Source: Candidatus Woesearchaeota archaeon (lineage in GTDB: Archaea > Nanobdellota > Nanobdellia > Woesearchaeales > JAHWIC01). Taken from it: 64,000 nucleotides of DNA. The position numbers and the translations under genes are program-made. Each line of letters begins with the position of its first letter. The stretch's first letter is position 1. The stretch is from positions 2,938-66,937 of the forward strand of contig JAHWIC010000002.1 of NCBI GenBank assembly GCA_019322805.1, given 5' to 3'. A model generated the notes under the pieces. The model saw nothing but the letters and a program-made list of their open reading frames with translations. It was not told the DNA's origin and made no database searches. Below, piece after piece: positions 20,167 to 28,667 of this stretch.

Positions 20167-21417
20167 ATGAAAGAACAGATAATAACCATACCAACATACT
20201 GGACGAGGAGGGATGGTGTAAAAAAAGTAGGCGACACTTATTTTGATCATCCTACACCTTTGAATGGAGAGCAGACACTTACAAGAATGCTAGACAGCCT
20301 TAAAGAGGCATGGGGAAATTTTAAGGTCGTTGTTCTAACTGCAACTGTGGATTATAGTGACCAAAAGCTTTACGAGCAGGTTGAAAAAAAAGTAAATTCC
20401 CTCATTAAACCTTACAAGAAGCATTTCCCAATAATGCAGTTTGTAAAGTCTGATGTGAAGTTCTTGAAGGAAAGGATGAAGAAATACGGCATGGAAGACA
20501 TGATAACACAAATCAATCTTGCTTGTTATCCTACAATAAGGAACTGCCAGCTTATTGTTACAAACGGCCTGGGTGCTGATGTAATGCTCGGCCTGGATGA
20601 TGATGAGGTTGTTATGCGTGACCATGTTAAAAAGGCAACTGAGTTTATAGGAAAAGAGCATAAAGGTCAGAAAATTTACGGAATAGGCGGTTATTACAAA
20701 GATAAAAAAGGGGACCACATCATGAGGGATCTCAAAAAACCTCCAATTGATAATGTTTTCTATAGGAAGAGATGGATAAAGAATAATGGGTTCATAGTCA
20801 TAGATAAGAAAAAAGGCCGCGTGCATAAATCAAATTTCGTGTTTGGCGGAAATATGGTCATGCACAGGAAGATGTTCATGAATGTTGCTTATGACCTGGG
20901 GATAACAAGAGGAGAGAATATGGATTATCTTATTAATGCAAAGATGCACGGCTTAAACTTCTATTTTGACAAGGAACTTTATGTCATACACATGCCCCCT
21001 GAAAAATGGCATAAAAAGGTGAAAGCATTCCTAAAAACTGGTGCTTTTAGTATGGAAAGCTATTACAGGCTTGAGCAGGACATGCTGAGATTCATTTATG
21101 AACGCGAGAAAATCAGAGAGTGCAATGACCATCACCCAGAGCTAAAAAAAGTCAGTATTGACGGATTAAGACCTTACCCAGGAGATTTCTTTGAAGAAAA
21201 GGTTATCAATGATGCTGTATACGCATTGAAGTATATGTACCCAGAACAAACAAAAAAACTTAAGGTTAATGCTGAAGTGCAGGTTAACCGTGCCTTGGAA
21301 AGATCTAGAAAATTAGCACCCAATTATTTCCTGTTTAATGAAAAGTGGATAAAATTGATGAAGTTCATTGAGAAGGACAAAGCATTCAGGAAATACCTTA
21401 ACAGCAGATGGCTATAA
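20167..21417 (+). CDS. Divergent GT-A-fold glycosyltransferase-like protein (paralog B)
   Basis: ITIPTYW...DHPTP...LGLDDDEVV...FGGNMVMH...ITRGENMDYL. It is a paralog of 13734..14867. Confidence 0.45.
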   Translation: MKEQIITIPTYWTRRDGVKKVGDTYFDHPTPLNGEQTLTRMLDSLKEAWGNFKVVVLTATVDYSDQKLYEQVEKKVNSLIKPYKKHFPIMQFVKSDVKFLKERMKKYGMEDMITQINLACYPTIRNCQLIVTNGLGADVMLGLDDDEVVMRDHVKKATEFIGKEHKGQKIYGIGGYYKDKKGDHIMRDLKKPPIDNVFYRKRWIKNNGFIVIDKKKGRVHKSNFVFGGNMVMHRKMFMNVAYDLGITRGENMDYLINAKMHGLNFYFDKELYVIHMPPEKWHKKVKAFLKTGAFSMESYYRLEQDMLRFIYEREKIRECNDHHPELKKVSIDGLRPYPGDFFEEKVINDAVYALKYMYPEQTKKLKVNAEVQVNRALERSRKLAPNYFLFNEKWIKLMKFIEKDKAFRKYLNSRWL

Positions 21418-22206
21418 ATGCCTTAGAACAGCCTCTTTAAAACCTTCAGGACCTATCTTATTTATTCTTATTACATCCTTATGCCTGAAGCTGTAGTCTC
21501 CTTTATAATTCTTAACCTGATAGCCGTAATCAACATTCTTTAGCATTGGCAGATCATTCATCCCGTCACCAACACCAATTGCTGTAATCTTTCCAAATTT
21601 CTTTTTAAACAGTTTCTTCAGGGTATTGACTGCTTTTCCTTTATCGTTCTTTCCCATTATATAATGATATCTGCCGCCTTTGGTATAATTAAGCCTGTAT
21701 TTCTTAATCAATTTCTTTATTTTGTTTATATCCCCTTTAAACAACAAAAATGGTTCTGTGAATTCGCGTTTTTTTGCTAATCTTGCTTTCTGCAGTGATA
21801 TTCCAGCATTCTCTGACAGCTCTTTTAAAGTCAAATCTCCAAAGCCTTTTATCTCGTAACCTGTTTCTTTCTTTATTTTATTCAGGACTTTTCTTAATTC
21901 TCCATATTTGGTGCCAAATTGCAGTATCTCGCAGCCTCGCTTTATATAATCAGATTTAAGGCCCTTAAAATAACCTTTAGGAACAAAGATAGCAGCACCA
22001 TTCTCAGAAATAAAAGGGTGTTTTACTTTTATTTTCTTATAGTATATATCCATTTCATGGCTTACTCGACTGCTGCAAAACACCAAAGGAACCCTGTTTT
22101 TCACTATTTTACGTACAGCCGGCATTGCCTTACTGTAAGAATATGTGCTATGGTCAAGGAATGTTCCATCCATATCTGAAAAGATGACAAGACTAGCCAT
22201 AGTCAT
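21412..22206 (-). CDS. HAD-IIB phosphatase of the mannosyl-3-phosphoglycerate phosphatase (MPGP/YedP) family
   Basis: VIFSDMDGTFLD and VPLVFCSSR closely match the MPGP/YedP N-terminal signature (LVFSDLDGTLLD...VPVILCSSK). The C-terminal motif is GDGMNDLPM. Confidence 0.75.
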   Translation of the reverse strand: MTMASLVIFSDMDGTFLDHSTYSYSKAMPAVRKIVKNRVPLVFCSSRVSHEMDIYYKKIKVKHPFISENGAAIFVPKGYFKGLKSDYIKRGCEILQFGTKYGELRKVLNKIKKETGYEIKGFGDLTLKELSENAGISLQKARLAKKREFTEPFLLFKGDINKIKKLIKKYRLNYTKGGRYHYIMGKNDKGKAVNTLKKLFKKKFGKITAIGVGDGMNDLPMLKNVDYGYQVKNYKGDYSFRHKDVIRINKIGPEGFKEAVLRHL

Positions 22207-23512
22207 ATATCTCTTCCCTGAATTTCTTAAGTTGTTCGTTTTGGTATCGTAAGAACTCGTTAAAACCCTTTTTTGTAAACTTCTGAAATGGCGCTAACTT
22301 AAATGGCGTGGTCTCATATTCTATCTTTCTTTTTAGAAGGGATTCCTTTATCTCTTTATCTGAATATATTTCATTTAAAATTTTCTGGATTACCTTCTTC
22401 CTTTGACGCTCAAACCGCTCATTTGACATTGATTTAGTACCAAATAAGTAACCTTGAGTAGAATATCTTACCTGAAGCAGTTTTGCAAATTCCTGGATTC
22501 TTGGTTCTAAAAACCTAAAATCAGAATTTAAGAGATCCAAGAAATGTTTGAGGAATTCTTCCTTGGGCATATCAAAAGGGAGTGCATCTGACTCAATTGC
22601 CAAGTAAATGTAAGCCCTCAACATATTTTCATTTCTCCTCCTCATTGTCCTGGTAGGGGACTCAGCAACCTTGATATCATTATGGAATATCAGACCCCAC
22701 TCATTAGCGTTGTACAGATGCTCCATCTTATTGGGGGATCTGCACAAAAACCCTCCAATAAGGCCGTATCGCTGCAGGCGGTAGTTTAATTCAGTATGTT
22801 CACCATACCAGCCCCGAGTCTGATTGAATATGCCATTTCCAGGATGCTCTTTTTGCAGTTTTTCGAGAACCTTTGTAAAATGCAGCTGAAGATTACCATG
22901 GACATGGCCGTATAAAACATAAGCATTTTCATACTTTTCCCCTCTAAACGGCGTATACCTCCTTGGTTTCTCTACTTCTAAAAAATTAAATAATTTGGCA
23001 GCAAGTTCTTTCTTAGCCACGATTGTATCAACAAGAGCATTTGCTTCTGCCAGTCTTTTAGTCTTGGGCAGCCTAGAAACCTCAAATGTTGGATACCCAA
23101 CAAAAGCAGCATACTGCAGCCCCTGCTCCAAGAAGTCAAATAGCTCCTTTGGTTTATAGATAACAATATCATCATCAATCATATAGGTGAGCCTTGTTCC
23201 CTTAACTATATTCTGGATTGAACGCATAAGGCCTACATTTCTTCCGCTTGGTATCGTCTTTTCAGGATTGTAAACAACCTGGTACGGCAGGCTGCCCAAG
23301 TTATATTTCTCAAATACCTTTTTAACAAAGGACTCTGATTCCTGGTTTTTTTCAGTATTGCAGACAAGGATTATATTGTATTTTTTTCTGTCTAAATCGC
23401 CCAGGCATGTAAGAAATGTTCCAATCTGTCTTTCCCTGGAGGGTATGGTCAGGACTATGATATCCCTTTTAACTCCCTCTTTTATTTTCAGCTTAAGCAT
23501 ATAAACCCCCAA
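22193..23512 (-). CDS. Hypothetical protein with N-terminal GT-A-like region
   Basis: VLTIPSRERQ...MIDDDIV pattern. No confident family assignment. Confidence 0.3.
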   Translation of the reverse strand: MGVYMLKLKIKEGVKRDIIVLTIPSRERQIGTFLTCLGDLDRKKYNIILVCNTEKNQESESFVKKVFEKYNLGSLPYQVVYNPEKTIPSGRNVGLMRSIQNIVKGTRLTYMIDDDIVIYKPKELFDFLEQGLQYAAFVGYPTFEVSRLPKTKRLAEANALVDTIVAKKELAAKLFNFLEVEKPRRYTPFRGEKYENAYVLYGHVHGNLQLHFTKVLEKLQKEHPGNGIFNQTRGWYGEHTELNYRLQRYGLIGGFLCRSPNKMEHLYNANEWGLIFHNDIKVAESPTRTMRRRNENMLRAYIYLAIESDALPFDMPKEEFLKHFLDLLNSDFRFLEPRIQEFAKLLQVRYSTQGYLFGTKSMSNERFERQRKKVIQKILNEIYSDKEIKESLLKRKIEYETTPFKLAPFQKFTKKGFNEFLRYQNEQLKKFREEIYDYG

Positions 23513-23573
23513 GAATAAATGGTTCAGGACAGTATTTAAAGGTTATTGTTTTTGGGGCGGAATAGCGAGGGGG

Positions 23574-24791
23574 CTATTTCTTGAGAATAACCCCAATATC
23601 TGCCACATTAGAGCCAGTTAATCCTGTAATAATAAGGTCCCTTGTTCTCTTAAAGAAGTGATAAGAATCATTATTTTCCAGATATTCTTTATAGTTCAGC
23701 CTCAGCTTTATAGCTCCGCCAAGAGATTTATTGTCAATTATTGCTCCAGCAGCGTCAGTTGGTCCGTCCCTGCCGTCAGAACCAATAGAAACAAGCGCAG
23801 CATTCTTTAATTTTGATATTTCCTCAATTGCTCCCAGGCAAAGCTCCTGGTTTCTGCCGCCTTTTCCTTTGCCTTTGACAGCAACTGTTGTTTCGCCAGC
23901 AAAAAGAAGTGCAATATTTTTTTTATTTTGGATTTTTTTAATGAATTTTTTCCCAATGATTTTAGCTTCTCCTTTCAGTTTATTAGTGATTATTACCGGC
24001 TTCAAACCTAATGACAGCGCCTTCTGTTTCATTGCTCCAAGCGCAACTTGATTGTTTAACAATAAGATATTATCAACATTCTTCAAACTCTTGTCGACTG
24101 TTGGTCCTGATGCAATTGTGCTTAAGTCATCTCCAACAACGTCTGAGAAAATCAATGAAATAATTCTTGCTTTTGTCAGCTTTGCTAATTTTCCCCCTTT
24201 AACAAGAGATAATTTTTTTCTTATTTTGTTTAATGCTCCGATGTCGATTCCTGATGCAAAGTGCTTGTTTATTATTTTCATGTATTGCTTGAATGGAATT
24301 TTAGGATAGCAAAGTAAAGCTGAACCCCCTCCTGAAACCAAGCAGATCACTAAATCATTTTTATTGAGATTTTTAATTAAATTGACAATTTTCTTGGCTC
24401 CATCAACATTCCTTTTGGAAGGCATTGGATGCGTTCCTTTTATCACCTTTATTTTTTTCAGTTTAATTTTCTTTGTTGATATTACAATTCCAGAGTCTAC
24501 TATATTCCCCAATATTTTCTCCAATTCTTTCGCCATTAAAGAAGAAGCTTTTCCAAAACCGATAACAATTATTTTCTTATATTTTTTTAAATCTATTTTT
24601 TTAATTGCCTTTTTATAATTTTTAATAAACAGAGCCTCTTTTCTTAATGTTATATTTTCACCCATTATCTTTTCAGTCTTGAGAGCATTAAGACCAGCAT
24701 CGATAATCTGCAATGCTTTAACCCGAGAATCAGAATTTTTTATCAACCGCCTGTAATTCTTAATAATCATTCTATTTTTTCTCTTCACCAA
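23574..24791 (-). CDS. Glycerate kinase (MOFRL/GckA-type, glycerate 2-kinase)
   Basis: VIGFGKASSLMAKELEKILG and LVSGGGSALLCYP motifs of the DUF4147+MOFRL glycerate kinase family. Confidence 0.75.
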   Translation of the reverse strand: MVKRKNRMIIKNYRRLIKNSDSRVKALQIIDAGLNALKTEKIMGENITLRKEALFIKNYKKAIKKIDLKKYKKIIVIGFGKASSLMAKELEKILGNIVDSGIVISTKKIKLKKIKVIKGTHPMPSKRNVDGAKKIVNLIKNLNKNDLVICLVSGGGSALLCYPKIPFKQYMKIINKHFASGIDIGALNKIRKKLSLVKGGKLAKLTKARIISLIFSDVVGDDLSTIASGPTVDKSLKNVDNILLLNNQVALGAMKQKALSLGLKPVIITNKLKGEAKIIGKKFIKKIQNKKNIALLFAGETTVAVKGKGKGGRNQELCLGAIEEISKLKNAALVSIGSDGRDGPTDAAGAIIDNKSLGGAIKLRLNYKEYLENNDSYHFFKRTRDLIITGLTGSNVADIGVILKK

Positions 24792-25860
24792 CGCTGAATT
24801 TTTTTATAAACAGTTTCCCTTTATTCGCCTTAACAGAAAACTCGTCCTTTTCAGCAAACTTGGTTATATTTGTTATGACTTCCGGCAAAAGGATCCTGTT
24901 TCCCCTAAAATCAAGATTTGTTATGATTTCTTTTGAAGGCTCTGCCCCTATTTCTTTCAGTATATCCTTTGTCGTTTCTTCTTTTCCAGACTCGTGAGAT
25001 TCCTTTGCTTTCATATATAAGAATTTAGCAATCTTATCTGCAACATTTATCTTTGTTGCTTGGGTAATGCCCTGCAAGCCAGGTGACAGGTTTATCTCTA
25101 TAACAGTAGGGCCTTTCACACTTTCTAATATATCAACAGCGCAGATATCTGCTTCTATTGCCTCAGCAGCCCTGATTGCCAGTTTCTTTGTATGGGCATC
25201 AAGCTCGTAGGGTTCACCAGTGCCGCCTGCATGTATATTTGCGCGCTTTTCGCCAAACTCTGCTTTGCGCTTCATAGCTGCCACAACCTTATCGCCAACA
25301 ACTATGGCTCTTACATCTATGCCAGCGCTCTCTACATATTCCTGGATTATGAACGGCTGCCTTAAAGCAGCTAAAGCATCAAGCATAGAGGCTGCAGATG
25401 AGTATGAATCTGCAAACATAACCCCCTTACCATGAGAGCCGTGAGGAAATTTCATAACAATCGGATAATTCACCTTCTTAAGAATTTTCTTTGCCGCCTC
25501 TATAGTTGCAGCTATATAAGTAGTTGGCATTGGTATCTTATGCTGCTGAATATCTAATTGAGTCAACAGCTTATCATGGCCTACTGTGAATGCAACCGGC
25601 TTTATCGGCATGTATGTTTTGCCGTACAAAGCAGTTGCTATGGATCTAAGCAAAGGCTCATACCTAAAAGACCCCTTCAGGTATATGCAGTCATATGTAT
25701 CAAATGGCTTGCCTTCGTAAAGAACTTCAAGAGACTCACTGCCTAGGTTCACTTCAATGTTTTTTAGGTCTATATCATCAACTACCTTAAAGTATTTCTC
25801 CATCTCTTTGACTATCATCAAAGAGCTTTTGCTTCTTAATGATATTACTGCTGCTTTCAT
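24772..25860 (-). CDS. ATP-grasp ligase, RimK family (alpha-L-glutamate ligase-like)
   Basis: RimK-like ATP-grasp motifs YPIVMKFPHGSHGKGVMF, FIIQEYVESAGIDVRAIVVG, VIEINLSPGLQG. Confidence 0.75.
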   Translation of the reverse strand: MKAAVISLRSKSSLMIVKEMEKYFKVVDDIDLKNIEVNLGSESLEVLYEGKPFDTYDCIYLKGSFRYEPLLRSIATALYGKTYMPIKPVAFTVGHDKLLTQLDIQQHKIPMPTTYIAATIEAAKKILKKVNYPIVMKFPHGSHGKGVMFADSYSSAASMLDALAALRQPFIIQEYVESAGIDVRAIVVGDKVVAAMKRKAEFGEKRANIHAGGTGEPYELDAHTKKLAIRAAEAIEADICAVDILESVKGPTVIEINLSPGLQGITQATKINVADKIAKFLYMKAKESHESGKEETTKDILKEIGAEPSKEIITNLDFRGNRILLPEVITNITKFAEKDEFSVKANKGKLFIKKFSVGEEKK

Positions 25861-25965
25861 TTTTTCTATAATTCCTCTATATATCCAAAAATTAAAGCTA
25901 CGAACGATAGTGTCTCAAGCTTTGCTTGAGATAACGAATGCAGTGAGTGTGAGTATGCTTTCATT

Positions 25966-26313
25966 TTAGCGTTTTGAAGGGTCTATTAAAAATCCTTCCT
26001 TTAGTATATTTTGGCCAATCAAGCATCTGTATTTCATATGGCTCCTGTCAGCCAGGGTAAACTCTCCTTTTAGCTTTTTGTCAGCTAATTTCACTTCAGC
26101 ATTTATAACCGGCCTTAGTTTGTTGCCATGGGCTGATTTAACTAATTTTGACTTGATTACAGGCCCAAGCTTTAGTTTAGCAGCTAATTTTACATCCATT
26201 GAGCTTTTTGTAGCTCCTGTATCAATACGCGCCATGACACTCCTGCGCTTCTTTTTGCCGTATATTGTAACCTTCTCGCTAAGCCCGATTATTGTCTTAT
26301 CCTTGTGTTCCAT
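25966..26313 (-). CDS. Retropepsin-like aspartic protease domain protein (RimK-associated, COG4067-like)
   Basis: RIDTGATKSSM D-T-G-A motif. 115 aa and immediately upstream of RimK, as is typical. Confidence 0.6.
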   Translation of the reverse strand: MEHKDKTIIGLSEKVTIYGKKKRRSVMARIDTGATKSSMDVKLAAKLKLGPVIKSKLVKSAHGNKLRPVINAEVKLADKKLKGEFTLADRSHMKYRCLIGQNILKEGFLIDPSKR

Positions 26314-26387
26314 AGCTAAAACCTGAGCGTATTTTGGTTTATAAAGGTTTCCACCAAGTTAAATAAAGTTTTATTCCCATAAAAAGA

Positions 26388-26566
26388 AAAAAATCCACCC
26401 ACTCACGGCAGCCGTCGCCACTACGTGGCTCGCTCGCCAGCCAGCGAAATGTGAGCGAGTTCGCGAGCTCACTCGCAGGTCGCTGGCGCGTCCCCAGGAT
26501 TTGCAAAGTGAGGCTTGCTCGCTTTGCTCGCAAGCCATTCGCCGGCGCCGTGGATGGATTTTTTCT
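26388..26566. other. GC-rich (~65% GC) highly structured ~180-nt island with 15-nt imperfect terminal inverted repeats; candidate structured ncRNA or MITE
   Basis: Termini aaaaaatccacccac / gtggatggatttttt. Internal stems include cgccagc/gctggcg, gtgagc/gctcac and ggcttgc/gcaagcc. Contains ccaggatttgcaaagt, which resembles the 3' ends of this genome's tRNA T-loop introns. It starts 7 nt after the stop of the minus-strand aminopeptidase gene. ORF 26339..26533 is probably spurious. Confidence 0.4.
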
Positions 26567-26572
26567 TATGCC

Positions 26573-27646
26573 CTATACTACCAACTTTTCACCATCAACA
26601 TAAATAGATGGGTTTCTAAATATCTGGTCAAGGTGGATTATTGCGTAGATTGTTCCGCCAAACCAGTAATTTGAGCCTAATGCAAAGTGGGCAGTACCAA
26701 GGACCTTCTCATCAATAATGGTTGCTCCAACAATCCTTGCATTTGGATTAAGGCCGATACCAAACTCTCCAACACGTCTAATGCCCCAGGGGTGCTTTGC
26801 TTTTGCCTCTGCCCAGTCCAAGGTTAATTTTAATGCGTCAGCTTCCTTGTCCCCGTCTATCTCAACAACCTTGCCTTTTTCTACTATTAAAGTGATGGGG
26901 TGTTTTACCAGCGTAGAGCCTTCTTTATGTGACGACGAGGCATCTATGACCATTTTTCCAGATACATATTTCTTCCCATAAGGAGGGATATAAACTTCCC
27001 CAGCTGGTATGTTGCCACCTGTAGCTGGTTTTTTGTAATCACCATCATTCTTTACAGCCTTCTTACTTTTAATATTCATATAGAAGTCTGTTCCCTTCGG
27101 AGATGTTACATGCAGTTCCTTGCCATCATCAAGTATTTGTTTTATTTGTTCTGATCTTTCCTGCAGAGCCTTATAATCAATATTGATGGAGTTTGCTACT
27201 AGAGAAAATCTATCATTAGTCAGCCTGCCTATTTTCGGGGTTGATACAAACCTATGGCCGTGAGATTTCACAAATTTTCTATAACTTTTTCCAAGGTCTT
27301 TTATTGAACCAAGCCTGTTTGAGAGGTTGAGAATTATTATGTTGCCTTCTTTCAAATTCTCCAAAGAATCTATAATATTTTCGTCTGCATCGTCACCTTT
27401 GGTTTTAGGCTTTTGTATTATCAAATTTGCATTTAAACCAAGTTCTCTTGCAGCAACATAATAGCTAGTTGCCATTAATGCAGCAATGCGCCTGCCTTCA
27501 TAGCCTTCATCACCTACAATAAGAACCTCTTCTTTCTTTGCATTAAGGCATTCTGTTAACACCCTTTTGAAAATATGTGAATGAGATTTAGCAGAATCTA
27601 TCAGATTGTATTTTTCCAATAATTTTAGTGTTGTTCTTGGATGCAA
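26573..27646 (-). CDS. M29-family aminopeptidase (AmpS/PepS-like)
   Basis: GGNIPAGEVYIPP and LGTAHFALG motifs of thermophilic aminopeptidase M29. Confidence 0.7.
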   Translation of the reverse strand: MHPRTTLKLLEKYNLIDSAKSHSHIFKRVLTECLNAKKEEVLIVGDEGYEGRRIAALMATSYYVAARELGLNANLIIQKPKTKGDDADENIIDSLENLKEGNIIILNLSNRLGSIKDLGKSYRKFVKSHGHRFVSTPKIGRLTNDRFSLVANSINIDYKALQERSEQIKQILDDGKELHVTSPKGTDFYMNIKSKKAVKNDGDYKKPATGGNIPAGEVYIPPYGKKYVSGKMVIDASSSHKEGSTLVKHPITLIVEKGKVVEIDGDKEADALKLTLDWAEAKAKHPWGIRRVGEFGIGLNPNARIVGATIIDEKVLGTAHFALGSNYWFGGTIYAIIHLDQIFRNPSIYVDGEKLVV

Positions 27647-27736
27647 AAAATCACCTTTACATTCAATTTTGAACAGTAGTTTTTATATTTTGTGGAATGA
27701 AAAGCTTTTTATTGAATATATAATGAACAGGGTACT

Positions 27737-28399
27737 ATGGAACTAAAAGGCATAAAAGGTAAGATACCAGCAGAATTATACAATATATTAGGGAAGGACA
27801 TCAAAGAACTCAGGTCATGCCAGGTAAAGGCTATTAAAACGGGGTTGTTGGAACGAGAGAACCTCCTGGTTTGCACTCCTACAGCTTCTGGAAAAACATT
27901 GATTGCTGAGTTGGCTGCTATAAGCTCTATACTGAAAGGCTCTGGAAAGGCTGTTTATATAGTTCCATTAAAGGCTCTTGCAAACGAGAAGTTCAGTGAC
28001 TTTAAGAAAAGGTACGGCAACCTTATTAGGGTTGCTTTATCCATAGGAGATATTGATTCTGCTGATCCTTACCTTGCTGATTATGACTTAATCATCACAA
28101 CCTCTGAAAAGCTTGACAGCCTTACAAGACATCATGCGCCATGGCTGAGCAGGATTGGAACTGTGATAGTAGATGAGATACACCTAATGAATGATCCTGG
28201 AAGAGGACCTACTCTTGAGATATTAATAACGATACTAAAGCAGCTATTAAAGCATGTACAAATTATTGGGTTATCAGCTACAATAGGAAATCCTGAGGAA
28301 TTAGCTGAATGGCTGGATGCCAGGCTGGTTATAGATAATTGGAGGCCAGTAAAGCTGCATAAGGGCATTTGTATGAGAGATGAAATTGAGTTCTATTAA
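27737..28399 (+). CDS. Truncated Ski2/Hel308-like DEAD/DEAH helicase (RecA1 domain only; probable gene fragment)
   Basis: Motif I TPTASGKT, Ia, II VIVDEIH and III SAT are present. The ORF stops after 220 aa with no RecA2 or C-terminal domains, and the stop is immediately followed by repeat copy 2. Confidence 0.6.
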   Translation: MELKGIKGKIPAELYNILGKDIKELRSCQVKAIKTGLLERENLLVCTPTASGKTLIAELAAISSILKGSGKAVYIVPLKALANEKFSDFKKRYGNLIRVALSIGDIDSADPYLADYDLIITTSEKLDSLTRHHAPWLSRIGTVIVDEIHLMNDPGRGPTLEILITILKQLLKHVQIIGLSATIGNPEELAEWLDARLVIDNWRPVKLHKGICMRDEIEFY

Positions 28400-28645
28400 T
28401 CAATTTAAAAAATTCAATAAAAAATAATCAATAGAAAAATAAATAATTCTGATTTTTGCTTTCTTCTCTTGTTTAAAGCAAAAATCATCTGCTCCTGTTT
28501 CTCAAAGAACCACTTAAGATGAAAATTCCCTTATTCTAGTTGTGAAAGGAATTTTCAGAATGATTAATTGTTATTAAATAAAAAATAGAGAATATCAACT
28601 GAAAAAATGTACAACTAATTCTAAAAGCTGAAAGTAAACCTAATG
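28400..28645 (+). repeat. Structured intergenic repeat, copy 2. It begins at the truncated helicase stop.
   Basis: Hairpin 1 at 28451-28486 (gatttttgcttt/aaagcaaaaatc) shows compensatory changes relative to copy 1. Hairpin 2 at 28521-28556. Shares the conserved attgttattaaat and acaactaatt...ctgaaagt tail. Confidence 0.8.
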
Positions 28646-28667
28646 ATAATAAACCAATGACAACCAA

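Noticed and set aside
26339-26533. 64-aa ORF inside the GC-rich island
   Set aside because: The reading frame is a by-product of the GC-rich structured element. It is Arg/Trp-rich and unlike proteins in this AT-rich genome.
26388-26566. Assignment of GC island 1 to 5S rRNA, SRP RNA, RNase P RNA or a tRNA
   Set aside because: It lacks 5S hallmark blocks (CCGAAC, GGGAGTAC), the SRP helix-8 GGAAG/AGCA motifs, RNase P CR-I/CR-V (GGAAAGUCC, ACAGAA.CCGGCUUA), and no tRNA cloverleaf could be closed. It is left unassigned.
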